Positions 1 through 7,953 of a stretch of 64,000 nucleotides of DNA are shown in pieces. The notes beneath the pieces are model-generated. The model saw only the letters and a program-made list of their open reading frames with translations. It did no database searches and had not been told where the DNA came from. Where the stretch lies: contig CAVRKV010000008.1 of assembly GCA_963721755.1 (NCBI GenBank), positions 147,453 through 211,452 on the forward strand. The letters run 5' to 3'. The position numbers and the translations under genes were made by a program. Positions within the stretch are counted from its first letter, which is position 1; every line of letters starts with the position of its first letter. This stretch comes from an uncultured beta proteobacterium (GTDB lineage Bacteria; Pseudomonadota; Gammaproteobacteria; Burkholderiales; Gallionellaceae).

Positions 1-306
1 AATGAGGCCGAGGCTGGCGACTTTGTATTTGCAGATCCACCCTATACTGTTAGGCACAATCTTAATGGATTCGTTAAGTATAATGAGAAGCTCTTCTCGT
101 GGCACGACCAAGAGCGCTTAGCTGAAGCCCTGATTAGAGCTAGGGATCGCGGTGTGATCATAGCGTCGACAAATGCCAGCCATCCTTCAGTTCATGATTT
201 ATATAAGAACAAACGATTTAGTTTGATTACCACGTCCAGATTTTCTTCTATATCAGCTTCATCTGGCAGCCGAAAACAGTTCGAGGAACTCATCATTCTT
301 TCTTAA
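1..306 (+). CDS. DNA N6-adenine methyltransferase, Dam/D12 family, C-terminal fragment (5' end outside window)
   Basis: Frame 1 is open from base 1 to TAA at 304-306. The translation NEAEAGDFVFADPPYTV...TSRFSSISASSGSRKQFEELIILS has the DPPY catalytic motif. Its C-terminal tail aligns by eye with E. coli Dam (FVYCDPPY ... RRSISSNGGTRKKVDELLA). Confidence 0.8.
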   Translation, partial: NEAEAGDFVFADPPYTVRHNLNGFVKYNEKLFSWHDQERLAEALIRARDRGVIIASTNASHPSVHDLYKNKRFSLITTSRFSSISASSGSRKQFEELIILS

Positions 307-320
307 TTACTCAGGCCATC

Positions 321-2318
321 ATGACAAATCTTAATAAACTGATTAATACGTCCGCCACTCAAGGCAATCCTATTGATGCGCTAAGAACGTTTCTTGATAA
401 CGAAGAGAGTACGGAAGCCGCTCGGCAAGTTGATAAGATGAGATTTGTTGGTTATGTACTTGAGCTTGGTTATGACTCAGCAAAAATAATTACAAGTGAT
501 CCATACAAACTTGCCGTTGGTGGAATACCTAGGGGCTCATTTCTCATTATGACACCTGTGAGCGCAGGCAGCGCTCCTCCTCACTTCACATTGCTTCGAG
601 TAACTGGAGTTTCGCCGACACCGCTCAGCAACCAAGTACAGCAGACATATTTCGAATTACATAAGAAATCGATGCCCGAACTGGATCGGTGGACGCAGAG
701 TGAGTTGCAGTGGGGTGCGCTTGATTGTGATGTGCTTGGAATGTTTTATGCAGATCCAACAAATATGCAGCGACTAGCATTTTCGGGTGACGTTAACAAT
801 GTAGTTAGCGCTCATCGTTACAAGGTATTTTCTCCAGACGAGGCCTTACTCAAACTAATCGTCAACGGAATTGTTAACCCAGAACAGCAGTTTGAAATCG
901 GGATGTTGCGAACAATGGAGTGTGGCCTTTCCAGTAATGGAGCCACGAGCAATATTCCGGTCAATATTTCAATACGTGACTTTAAGGGCTGTCGAACAGC
1001 CATGTTCGGCAAGACACGCCTTGGAAAATCGAATGTGGTTAAGCTAATTGCCCAAGGTATGTTAGAAGCAACTCAACAAGACAATGGTGTCGGACAACTA
1101 ATTTTTGATATTAACGGCGAGTACGCCAACGATAACCCACAAGATGGAAATAAATCCATTCGTTCGGCTTATGCAGATCGCTGCCAAGTTTATGCTCTCA
1201 CCAAAAGGGAGGCGACGCCATCGAAGCCGCTCAGAATTAACTTCTATGAGCAGCCTGACTCAGGTATTGAAATACTTGCTTCAATGTTGGAGCAGGACAA
1301 TAAAACATCGAATTACGTTCGAAGCTTCGCAAATGCCAAGTTACCTTCTATTGAGTCCATCGCTACTCTAGGGCCTGATGAAAAAACCCGTCCTATTAGA
1401 AAAATACAAATGTATTGGGCCATTTTGAAAAAGGCTGGCTTCCCAGCAGATGAAGCACGCCTAAAATTAAAAGGTCTGAGAGCGCGCTACACAAAAGACT
1501 TTGATTCGCACTTTAATGACACACTTAGAACAGCTGCATACCAGTCAATTCTGGGCTCTGCGCCGCCAAACCATCCAACCAATTTAGATGAGCTTGTAAA
1601 TGAACTTGAAGTAATGGCTGGCTTTCGAAGGGAGGACTCGAACAACCCAGCCCTTTTGTCTGGTGGCAAGCAAATGTTTGATGCTGATGATATTGCGCTA
1701 CTGGAATTTTTAAAGCCAGCTGGTGGGAGTTCTGGCCCATCTATTTTACGCAGTTACATGTCCTACCATGCTCCCAATGCAGGTGATTTTATTTCTGAAA
1801 TTCTCAATCTGCTTGATGCGGGAAAAACAGTTATTCTTGATCTTGGAAATGCCACTGATCAAGTACGCCGTTATTTTTCTGAAATGCTTTCGAAAAATGT
1901 TTTTAGTCATCAGGAGAGCAAGTTTGTAAGCAATGCTCTGGGGAATCACTTTGTTCAGCTTTATTTTGAGGAAGCCCATAATCTCTTTCCTCCAGAAAGC
2001 AAAGATTTGACTGGGGTATATGCACGTTTCGCTAAGGAAGGTGCGAAATTTCATATTGGGATGGTTTACTCGACTCAGTCTCCATCAACGATAAACAGTG
2101 AGCTACTTGCCCAAACAGAGAATTTCTTTGTAGGGCACCTATCGAGTCAGGACGAAACAAGAAGTTTGTCTCGGGTTCAAATTGCCTTTGCAGGAATTGA
2201 AGAGGATATTCTTAGAGCCAAGACGCCCGGCTACATGCGTATGCTCACTATGTCTAACCGTTTTGTTATCCCGGTTCAGGCATACAAGTTTGAGGCTGTC
2301 GCTGCAAAAACGAACTAG
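321..2318 (+). CDS. HerA/FtsK-superfamily P-loop ATPase (HerA-like, DUF87-type)
   Basis: 665-aa ORF starting 14 nt after the methylase stop. Walker A is GKTRLGKS (nt 1008-1031) and the Walker B-type motif is LYFEEAHNLF (EEAH at nt 1968-1979). A distal YSTQSPSTI block is typical of HerA-type ATPases. An N-terminal beta-rich segment (VGYVLELGYDSAKI..GSFLIM) sits where the HerA barrel domain would be. Assigned by motifs only. Confidence 0.7.
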   Translation: MTNLNKLINTSATQGNPIDALRTFLDNEESTEAARQVDKMRFVGYVLELGYDSAKIITSDPYKLAVGGIPRGSFLIMTPVSAGSAPPHFTLLRVTGVSPTPLSNQVQQTYFELHKKSMPELDRWTQSELQWGALDCDVLGMFYADPTNMQRLAFSGDVNNVVSAHRYKVFSPDEALLKLIVNGIVNPEQQFEIGMLRTMECGLSSNGATSNIPVNISIRDFKGCRTAMFGKTRLGKSNVVKLIAQGMLEATQQDNGVGQLIFDINGEYANDNPQDGNKSIRSAYADRCQVYALTKREATPSKPLRINFYEQPDSGIEILASMLEQDNKTSNYVRSFANAKLPSIESIATLGPDEKTRPIRKIQMYWAILKKAGFPADEARLKLKGLRARYTKDFDSHFNDTLRTAAYQSILGSAPPNHPTNLDELVNELEVMAGFRREDSNNPALLSGGKQMFDADDIALLEFLKPAGGSSGPSILRSYMSYHAPNAGDFISEILNLLDAGKTVILDLGNATDQVRRYFSEMLSKNVFSHQESKFVSNALGNHFVQLYFEEAHNLFPPESKDLTGVYARFAKEGAKFHIGMVYSTQSPSTINSELLAQTENFFVGHLSSQDETRSLSRVQIAFAGIEEDILRAKTPGYMRMLTMSNRFVIPVQAYKFEAVAAKTN

Positions 2319-2328
2319 GGAGATTTAA

Positions 2329-3678
2329 ATGTCTTACTCTAAAGGGGCAAATCTACCTGGTCAATCTGCATCAAAGCTAGGGCACTTGGCCGTTATTCAA
2401 AGTGACTGGGTACGATCTCTTGTCTCCGAATTCGATAAGGTTGAGCCGCAAAAAGAAGACCCTAGCAACACGCTATGGAAAGCATTTGACCGAACAGGAG
2501 TAATACCACTTCGAAATGTTTGGGCTGTTGATGGATCTTTTGTGTCGATTAAATCGGAGCAAAAGCCGCCAAGAGAAATGGCATTCGTTAAAACTGCTCT
2601 TTTGGCAGTGGACCGCGTACGCCTTGAAGCCATAGACAAAGAAAATCCGCATCCTTTGCTGTTGCAAGACGTTCTAACGGGCAGCGCCGTTTTCCATGCA
2701 ACAGTGTTTCCGCTAAATAATGTACGCACACCACTTGGCTCCAACTATGACGCGGTACGCCACATCGTGCGAGATTCATTGAAAATCGATGAGGGTGGAG
2801 CCTTTTATGAGACTCTAAAATGGTTGTCTTATCGTAAGTGGGACAAAACTATAAAATCACCTTCGCCTAGTTTTTTCTGTCCCCATTGTCATGAAGATAT
2901 GGTTCAAGGTTTACCTTATGATTGTGATGAGGGGACTTGTCCGAATCCGAAATGCAAAAAAATAGTTTTCCTGACTGACATGATTGGTTTCCACTTGGAT
3001 ATGGACGAGGATAGCGCGCCCGACTCTGTGGCCTCCGCCTACATGCTTGTGATGGAACACATCATGCTCTTTACTGCCATTCGCGTTCTTTGGGGGCACA
3101 CGGACAAGAGCTTGGTTAGCGACACATTATTTATTAAAGACGGCCCTTTGACTCTGCGAAGTCAATATTCAAAATTAGTACCAAATATTCGTAAGTTTTT
3201 GCAGTATGCAAAAGATATTGGTCGCCACATTCATGTTGTTGGTCAAGAAAAAAGCGGTGCCTTTTTTGATCACTTATCTTCAATCGCGCATTTTGCACCA
3301 CCACATGATAGAGGACAATCTCCTTCCTATGCTGTGCTATCGCATGAGTTTGTACGACGCGAAGTTCATCGATCACCTGATTTGAAGAACTCTTATGGAT
3401 CGAGAACCAACTGGGGGGAAAAGGTGTACTTCAAACTTGATCCCGGCACCTACTTGGTTCTCAATGTTCCGACAGGCGAATATCTAGATAATGAGAAAAT
3501 GCCTACTGACAAAGAGTTGATTGGGCTTTCTAGAATCCTAGCAACGCTACCAGACTTGATAAGTCATAAGTTCACAGGAGCCCTTTTCCCCATCGAACTT
3601 GCTGATGGAATCGCGTCAATGTCCAGCTATCCCTCAGCGACAATTCTTCAACGTTTCATTAACGAACAAGCGCCCTAG
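2329..3678 (+). CDS. NurA-like nuclease with inserted Cys4 zinc ribbon
   Basis: 449-aa ORF starting 10 nt after the HerA-like stop. NurA-type signature blocks appear in canonical order: WAVDGSF (D68, nt 2530-2532), FIKDGPL, and VVGQEKSG. A CPHC..(17)..CPNPKC insert lies at nt 2878-2955. Assigned by motifs only. Confidence 0.6.
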   Translation: MSYSKGANLPGQSASKLGHLAVIQSDWVRSLVSEFDKVEPQKEDPSNTLWKAFDRTGVIPLRNVWAVDGSFVSIKSEQKPPREMAFVKTALLAVDRVRLEAIDKENPHPLLLQDVLTGSAVFHATVFPLNNVRTPLGSNYDAVRHIVRDSLKIDEGGAFYETLKWLSYRKWDKTIKSPSPSFFCPHCHEDMVQGLPYDCDEGTCPNPKCKKIVFLTDMIGFHLDMDEDSAPDSVASAYMLVMEHIMLFTAIRVLWGHTDKSLVSDTLFIKDGPLTLRSQYSKLVPNIRKFLQYAKDIGRHIHVVGQEKSGAFFDHLSSIAHFAPPHDRGQSPSYAVLSHEFVRREVHRSPDLKNSYGSRTNWGEKVYFKLDPGTYLVLNVPTGEYLDNEKMPTDKELIGLSRILATLPDLISHKFTGALFPIELADGIASMSSYPSATILQRFINEQAP

Positions 3679-3735
3679 GATACAGATAATAAATGACCGC
3701 TTGTCTGAGATGAGTTTATCTCGTCATAGATCGTA

Positions 3736-4980
3736 CTATGCGCGCAGTGGAACTACCTCCGCACCTGCTTCAACCTTGTCGAGATAGTCAGCCCACTGTT
3801 GCATGATGTCGCGCCGCTCTTCAAAGTATGAAGTCCGCACGTATGCCGCTGCCGTCTGGTTTACCAGTGCATGGGAAAGCATAGCTTCTAGCGCCTCCCA
3901 CCTGTACCCCATGTCGCCCAGCACGGTGCGCGCCAAGCTCCTAAAACCGTGACCTGTCATCTTGCCTTTATAGCCGATTGTCTCAATAATTTTCAGAACC
4001 GTATTTTCGCTGATTACCTTGCCCGAATAATTGCGGTTTGGGAATACATAGTCACCTTGACCTGTGAAAGGCGTCAATCCGCGCAGAATTTTCACTGCTT
4101 GAGTGGATAGGGGTACAGCATGATCTCTGCGCTTGTCGCCCTTGCCCTTGCGTCCAACCTGTTCAGCAGGGATAACCCAACATCCGGCATCTAGGTCGAA
4201 GTCCCCCCACTTGGAATAGCGTACTTCGCTTGTGCGGGTTGCCGTCAACATAAGCAGGCGAAGGGCAGCTATTGCGATGGGCGAGACCTTAGCCATGTTC
4301 TGATAGGTGGTTACAGCGCGCAGGAAAGTGGGCAGTTCTGTCGTCGGAATGCAGTTGAAATGTTCTACCTTTGGCCTGTCAGTCAGTGCCATGCGGATTT
4401 CAGCTGGATTGTATTTTGCCCGACCAGTTGCGATTGCGTATTTGAACACTGCGCTGATTGATTGAAGCAGGCGATCCCGTGTCTCGAATGTACCGTTAGC
4501 CTCAATAATCCGCATGATGCCGACTAATTCCATTGGTTCAATCTCAGCAATAGGGCGCTCACCGATGATGGGCAAAGCGTACTTTTCCAAATTGCCCATC
4601 CATTGCTTGGCGTGTCCGGGTGTCCACGTCGGGGACTTTACCTTGTGAAGTTCAGTGGCGAGAGAGGCAAAGCTATTTTCGCTGCTAACTTGTAAAACTT
4701 TGGGGCTTATCTTTTTTGCTTCCTGTTTTATCTCGCTTGGGTCTACCCCGTTCGCCAGCAGCTTGCGTGCTTGTTCGCGCCGTTCTCGTGCTTCGGATAG
4801 GGTAACGTCTGGATACACGCCAATGGAAAGCATTTTTTCTTTTCCATCGATACGGTATTTGAGTCGCCAATACTTGCCGCCGTTCGGATGCACGAGCAAA
4901 TACATACCGCCGCCGTCCGTCATCTTGTATTGCTTGTCAGTGGGCTTTGCTTTTCTGACTGCCAATTCTGTGAGTGCCAT
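3736..4980 (-). CDS. int: Tyrosine recombinase/integrase, P4-type (DUF4102 N-terminal arm-binding domain)
   Basis: N-terminus MALTELAVRKAKPTDKQYKMTDGGGMYLLVHPNGGKYWRLKYRIDGKEKMLSIGVYPDVTLSEAR is the classic P4-like integrase signature. The C-terminal catalytic region contains HGFRS and a Y-containing tail. The ATG at 4980 is preceded by AAGGAG; the ORF-track start at 5001 is probably too long. Confidence 0.9.
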   Translation of the reverse strand: MALTELAVRKAKPTDKQYKMTDGGGMYLLVHPNGGKYWRLKYRIDGKEKMLSIGVYPDVTLSEARERREQARKLLANGVDPSEIKQEAKKISPKVLQVSSENSFASLATELHKVKSPTWTPGHAKQWMGNLEKYALPIIGERPIAEIEPMELVGIMRIIEANGTFETRDRLLQSISAVFKYAIATGRAKYNPAEIRMALTDRPKVEHFNCIPTTELPTFLRAVTTYQNMAKVSPIAIAALRLLMLTATRTSEVRYSKWGDFDLDAGCWVIPAEQVGRKGKGDKRRDHAVPLSTQAVKILRGLTPFTGQGDYVFPNRNYSGKVISENTVLKIIETIGYKGKMTGHGFRSLARTVLGDMGYRWEALEAMLSHALVNQTAAAYVRTSYFEERRDIMQQWADYLDKVEAGAEVVPLRA

Positions 4981-5082
4981 TTTTACTCCTTGGGGGTGCA
5001 TTTTGCGAACACTATAGCATACACCCCCAATTCGACCCCCATAAAACAGAGCTTAGATGATACAGGCTGATACCGCTTGAGC

Positions 5083-5120
5083 AACAAAAAACCCGCCAAA
5101 TCCTTACGCAGTGCGGGTTT
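5083..5120 (-). terminator. Intrinsic terminator-like hairpin downstream of tRNA-Ser
   Basis: Stem AAACCCGC/GCGGGTTT (5089-5096 / 5113-5120) with a 16-nt loop. On the minus strand it is followed by a T-run (the complement of the A-run at 5086-5091). Confidence 0.45.
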
Positions 5121-5154
5121 TAGAGATTGTTTGAGACAGGCTGAGAATGTGTTC

Positions 5155-5244
5155 TGGCGGAAGCGGTGAGATTCGAACTCACGGAGGACTCACATCCTCG
5201 CTAGTTTTCAAGACTAGTGCCTTCAACCGCTCGGCCACGCTTCC
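5155..5244 (-). tRNA. tRNA-Ser (anticodon UGA)
   Basis: The reverse complement reads GGAAGCGTGGCCGAGCGGTTGAAGGCACTAGTCTTGAAAACTAGCGAGGATGTGAGTCCTCCGTGAGTTCGAATCTCACCGCTTCCGCCA. Acceptor stem is GGAAGCG/CGCTTCC. Anticodon stem is CTAGT/ACTAG with loop CTTGAAA. There is a long variable arm, a T arm GTGAG-TTCGAAT-CTCAC, and an encoded CCA. Confidence 0.95.
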
Positions 5245-5364
5245 TAGTGTATTGCTGCGCAACATACGGCAGCCAGTGCCGGCTGCTGCAAGAACTTCAA
5301 GGCCGCGCATTCTGAACCAAGCGGCCCATCATGTCCAGAAAAAGCCTGCGTGTCCGCTATAAAT

Positions 5365-5817
5365 TCAGCCTCTCACGCAGTCCGCCCAGTTGTTGGGAGT
5401 CTCATAGAGTCGCACCCTCTCCAGCCGCAAATGATTGCCGTAAGTGTCCTGATAGGCCGGATCGAGAATATCGAAAACGGCCTGCGCGAGATTCTCCGCG
5501 GTCGGCACGACATCGAGGACAACGGTCTTGTGATCCGGCAGACTGGCCAGAAAGTCGCACACCGCCTTATCGCCGCGATACACCAAGAAGGCGTGATCCC
5601 ATTCGTCCACCAGCTTTTCGTTGGCGATGCGTTTGACATCGGAGAAGTCCATCACCATGCCCTGCTCGGATACCCCTTCTTTGGTGATGACGTCTCCGGA
5701 CAGCGTGACCTCGATCGCGTAGCGGTGGCCGTGCAGATGTTTGCACTGGCTGTTGTGGTTGGGGATGCGGTGTCCCGCATCGAATTCCAGGCGGCGTGTA
5801 ATTAACATGGTGTGCAT
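5365..5817 (-). CDS. queD: 6-carboxy-5,6,7,8-tetrahydropterin synthase (PTPS family)
   Basis: LEFDAGHRIPNHNSQCKHLHGHRY matches the Zn-binding His/Cys motif of the QueD/PTPS family. Size is 150 aa. Confidence 0.85.
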   Translation of the reverse strand: MHTMLITRRLEFDAGHRIPNHNSQCKHLHGHRYAIEVTLSGDVITKEGVSEQGMVMDFSDVKRIANEKLVDEWDHAFLVYRGDKAVCDFLASLPDHKTVVLDVVPTAENLAQAVFDILDPAYQDTYGNHLRLERVRLYETPNNWADCVRG

Positions 5818-5853
5818 TAGTTAGAGTGGCGCGGATTATACCCTGTCAGATTT

Positions 5854-7794
5854 TCAATGCCCCCGGATTTTCAATGCCCTGGCGCTTTGCAGAAATTCGC
5901 GCCGTGCGTGTTCGTCAGTGAGTGCACCATAGCGCAAAGTCGAATAGCGTGCGGCGAGATCGCGCAATCCGCCGGCAAGATCGGGACGCGCAATGGCGAC
6001 GCGCGCGGCATAGTCTTGCGCGCCCTCATGCGCGGCGCGCGGCAGTCCGGCGTCGGCCAGTTTACGGCACAGCTTGAGCCATGCGGCTTGCACCTTGTCC
6101 TGCTGGCGCGCGAATAGGTGGCGCAACATGAACAACGCCAGCAGGCCGGTCATCAGTCCCTGCCCGGCAGCCATGTTGAGCGCCATCTTCTGCCAGGTGA
6201 TCGATTCCATGCCGAGGCGCGTCAGGAAAGCGAATTGGCGTTCGGTGTCGTAGCCCAGCACCCACTGGTTCCATTGGTTGGCGAGCGCATCCAGGTTGAA
6301 GCGCAAGTCGCGCATCCACTGCGGCGGATTGCGTTCCATGAACGGCAGGGCCGCGTTGTCGGAGACGGAGGCCGACAGCCCACGTTCCACGCGTCCCGGT
6401 GCGATGATGCTCGTCGGGTCTACGCGCACCCAGCCCTGGCCTGCCAGCCACACTTCTGCCCATGCATGGGCATCGGATTGGCGCACGATGTAGTAGTTGC
6501 CGACATCGTTGAATTCGCCGCCCAGATAGCCTGTCACGACACGCGCCGGGATATTCGCCGCGCGCATCAGGAACACGAAAGCGGAAGCGTAGTGTTCGCA
6601 GAATCCCTGTCTGGTGCCGAACAGGAAGTCATCGATGCCGTCAGCACCGAGCAACGGCGGTTCGAGCGTGTATACGAATCCGTTTTTGCTGAAATAGGAC
6701 AGTGCGGTGTTGACGATGGCAGCATCATCCTTGCTGCCGGCGCGCCACCCGGCGGCGAGCTGGCGCGCGCGCGGATCGACCTGCCTGGGCAACTGCAAGG
6801 CGCGCTGCAGTTGCCGTTCCGACTCCTGGACATTGGCGTGATAGACCAGATTTGAGCGCGCTGCATAGCGCATCCGGGCATGAACCGGCTCCTTGTTCAA
6901 CAACTGAAAATCGTTGGTCAGCGTGGCCGGCACAGACAGCTTGTCCGGCACATCGAGCGCAAACAACCAATGCTTGTTGTGCGGTTCCAATGTGACGGCG
7001 TAATCGATCGGCTGGCCGAGTTCGGTAAATTTCGGTGCCACCGTGAGTGCTGTTATGCCCAGTGTCCAGGTGCGTCCGTCGAAATTCCACAGTACCGGAC
7101 CGCGCCAATACATCTGGTCGCGGCGCGGAGGTTTGCTGTTGTAGGTGACACGAAACGCCACCTCTTCCGACAGGCCCAACCGGCTCAGGCTACCCGGCGA
7201 CATGCGTTCATCCAGCCCGGTGCTGCCATAGGCATCCTGCGGCAAGCCCCACAGCGGGCCTGGCACGCGCGGGAACAGGATGAACAGGATCAGCGTCAGC
7301 GGGAGGGCTTGCAGCAGCAACACCGCAGCGATGCGCAACCGAGACATGAGCGAGATGTTTTGTGCTTGCAGATGCACCCAGGCGGTCACGATGACCATCA
7401 GTGTGGCGAGCAGATACAAGGCGGTGGGGATGCTTTGCGAATAGAAGAAGTTGGTGATGATGATGATGAAGCAGGCGAGGTAGATGAGCACCATCGCATC
7501 GCGCGCATTGCGCAGCTCCATGAGCTTGAGTGTGGCGAGCAGCATCAGCAGCGTGACGCCCGCTTCGCGCCCGAACAGCCTGTGAAAATCGAACACGATA
7601 CCGCCCGTGCCGGCAAAGGTAATCAGCATCAACAGCCAGCGTTTCGGCAATGGTTTGCCGCTGTATGTGAGATAGCCGCGCCAAAGCAGCAAGCCGGCGC
7701 ACATGCCGCTGACCCACAGCGGCAGATGTTCGGCATGCGGCGCGATGACCATCAGGATGGACAGCAGCAGGCCGTAGGTGAGGGATTTGTTCAT
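5854..7794 (-). CDS. Transglutaminase-domain membrane protein (TgpA-like, DUF3488 + transglutaminase core)
   Basis: Multi-TM N-terminus followed by the transglutaminase core GFCEHYASAFVFLMRAANIPARVVTGY...DAHAWAEVW (Cys-His-Asp triad context). It is the last gene of a MoxR-DUF58 operon. Confidence 0.85.
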   Translation of the reverse strand: MNKSLTYGLLLSILMVIAPHAEHLPLWVSGMCAGLLLWRGYLTYSGKPLPKRWLLMLITFAGTGGIVFDFHRLFGREAGVTLLMLLATLKLMELRNARDAMVLIYLACFIIIITNFFYSQSIPTALYLLATLMVIVTAWVHLQAQNISLMSRLRIAAVLLLQALPLTLILFILFPRVPGPLWGLPQDAYGSTGLDERMSPGSLSRLGLSEEVAFRVTYNSKPPRRDQMYWRGPVLWNFDGRTWTLGITALTVAPKFTELGQPIDYAVTLEPHNKHWLFALDVPDKLSVPATLTNDFQLLNKEPVHARMRYAARSNLVYHANVQESERQLQRALQLPRQVDPRARQLAAGWRAGSKDDAAIVNTALSYFSKNGFVYTLEPPLLGADGIDDFLFGTRQGFCEHYASAFVFLMRAANIPARVVTGYLGGEFNDVGNYYIVRQSDAHAWAEVWLAGQGWVRVDPTSIIAPGRVERGLSASVSDNAALPFMERNPPQWMRDLRFNLDALANQWNQWVLGYDTERQFAFLTRLGMESITWQKMALNMAAGQGLMTGLLALFMLRHLFARQQDKVQAAWLKLCRKLADAGLPRAAHEGAQDYAARVAIARPDLAGGLRDLAARYSTLRYGALTDEHARREFLQSARALKIRGH

Positions 7795-7810
7795 TTTATG
7801 TTGTCCGCTT

Positions 7811-7915
7811 TCACCCCCACCCTAACCCTCCCCCTCAAAGGGGAGGGGACGGGAATCTTGGCATTACACCAGTCCCTTCCCCCTGTTAGGGGGAAGGCTA
7901 GGATGGGGGTGAGAT
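7811..7915. repeat. Composite GC-rich palindromic (REP/BIME-like) element
   Basis: Two hairpins are present: CCCTCCCC-TCAAA-GGGGAGGG and CCCTTCCCC-CTGTTA-GGGGGAAGG. They are flanked by outer arms TCACCCCCACCCTAACC and the reverse complement of TCACCCCCATCCTAGCC. Related copies lie at 48735-48776 and 49573-49615. Confidence 0.7.
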
Positions 7916-7953
7916 ACGTGAAATACATAATGGTCCTAATGGATTATCTGGAC

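Larger units (their letters stand above)
1..5154. mobile_element. tRNA-Ser-associated integrative island, integrase-proximal end (distal end lies left of the window)
   Basis: The integrase gene lies directly downstream of the tRNA-Ser 3' end and in the same orientation. The cargo genes (1-3678) are visibly AT-richer than the flanking backbone. I did not notice a second copy of the tRNA 3' segment inside the window. Confidence 0.6.
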
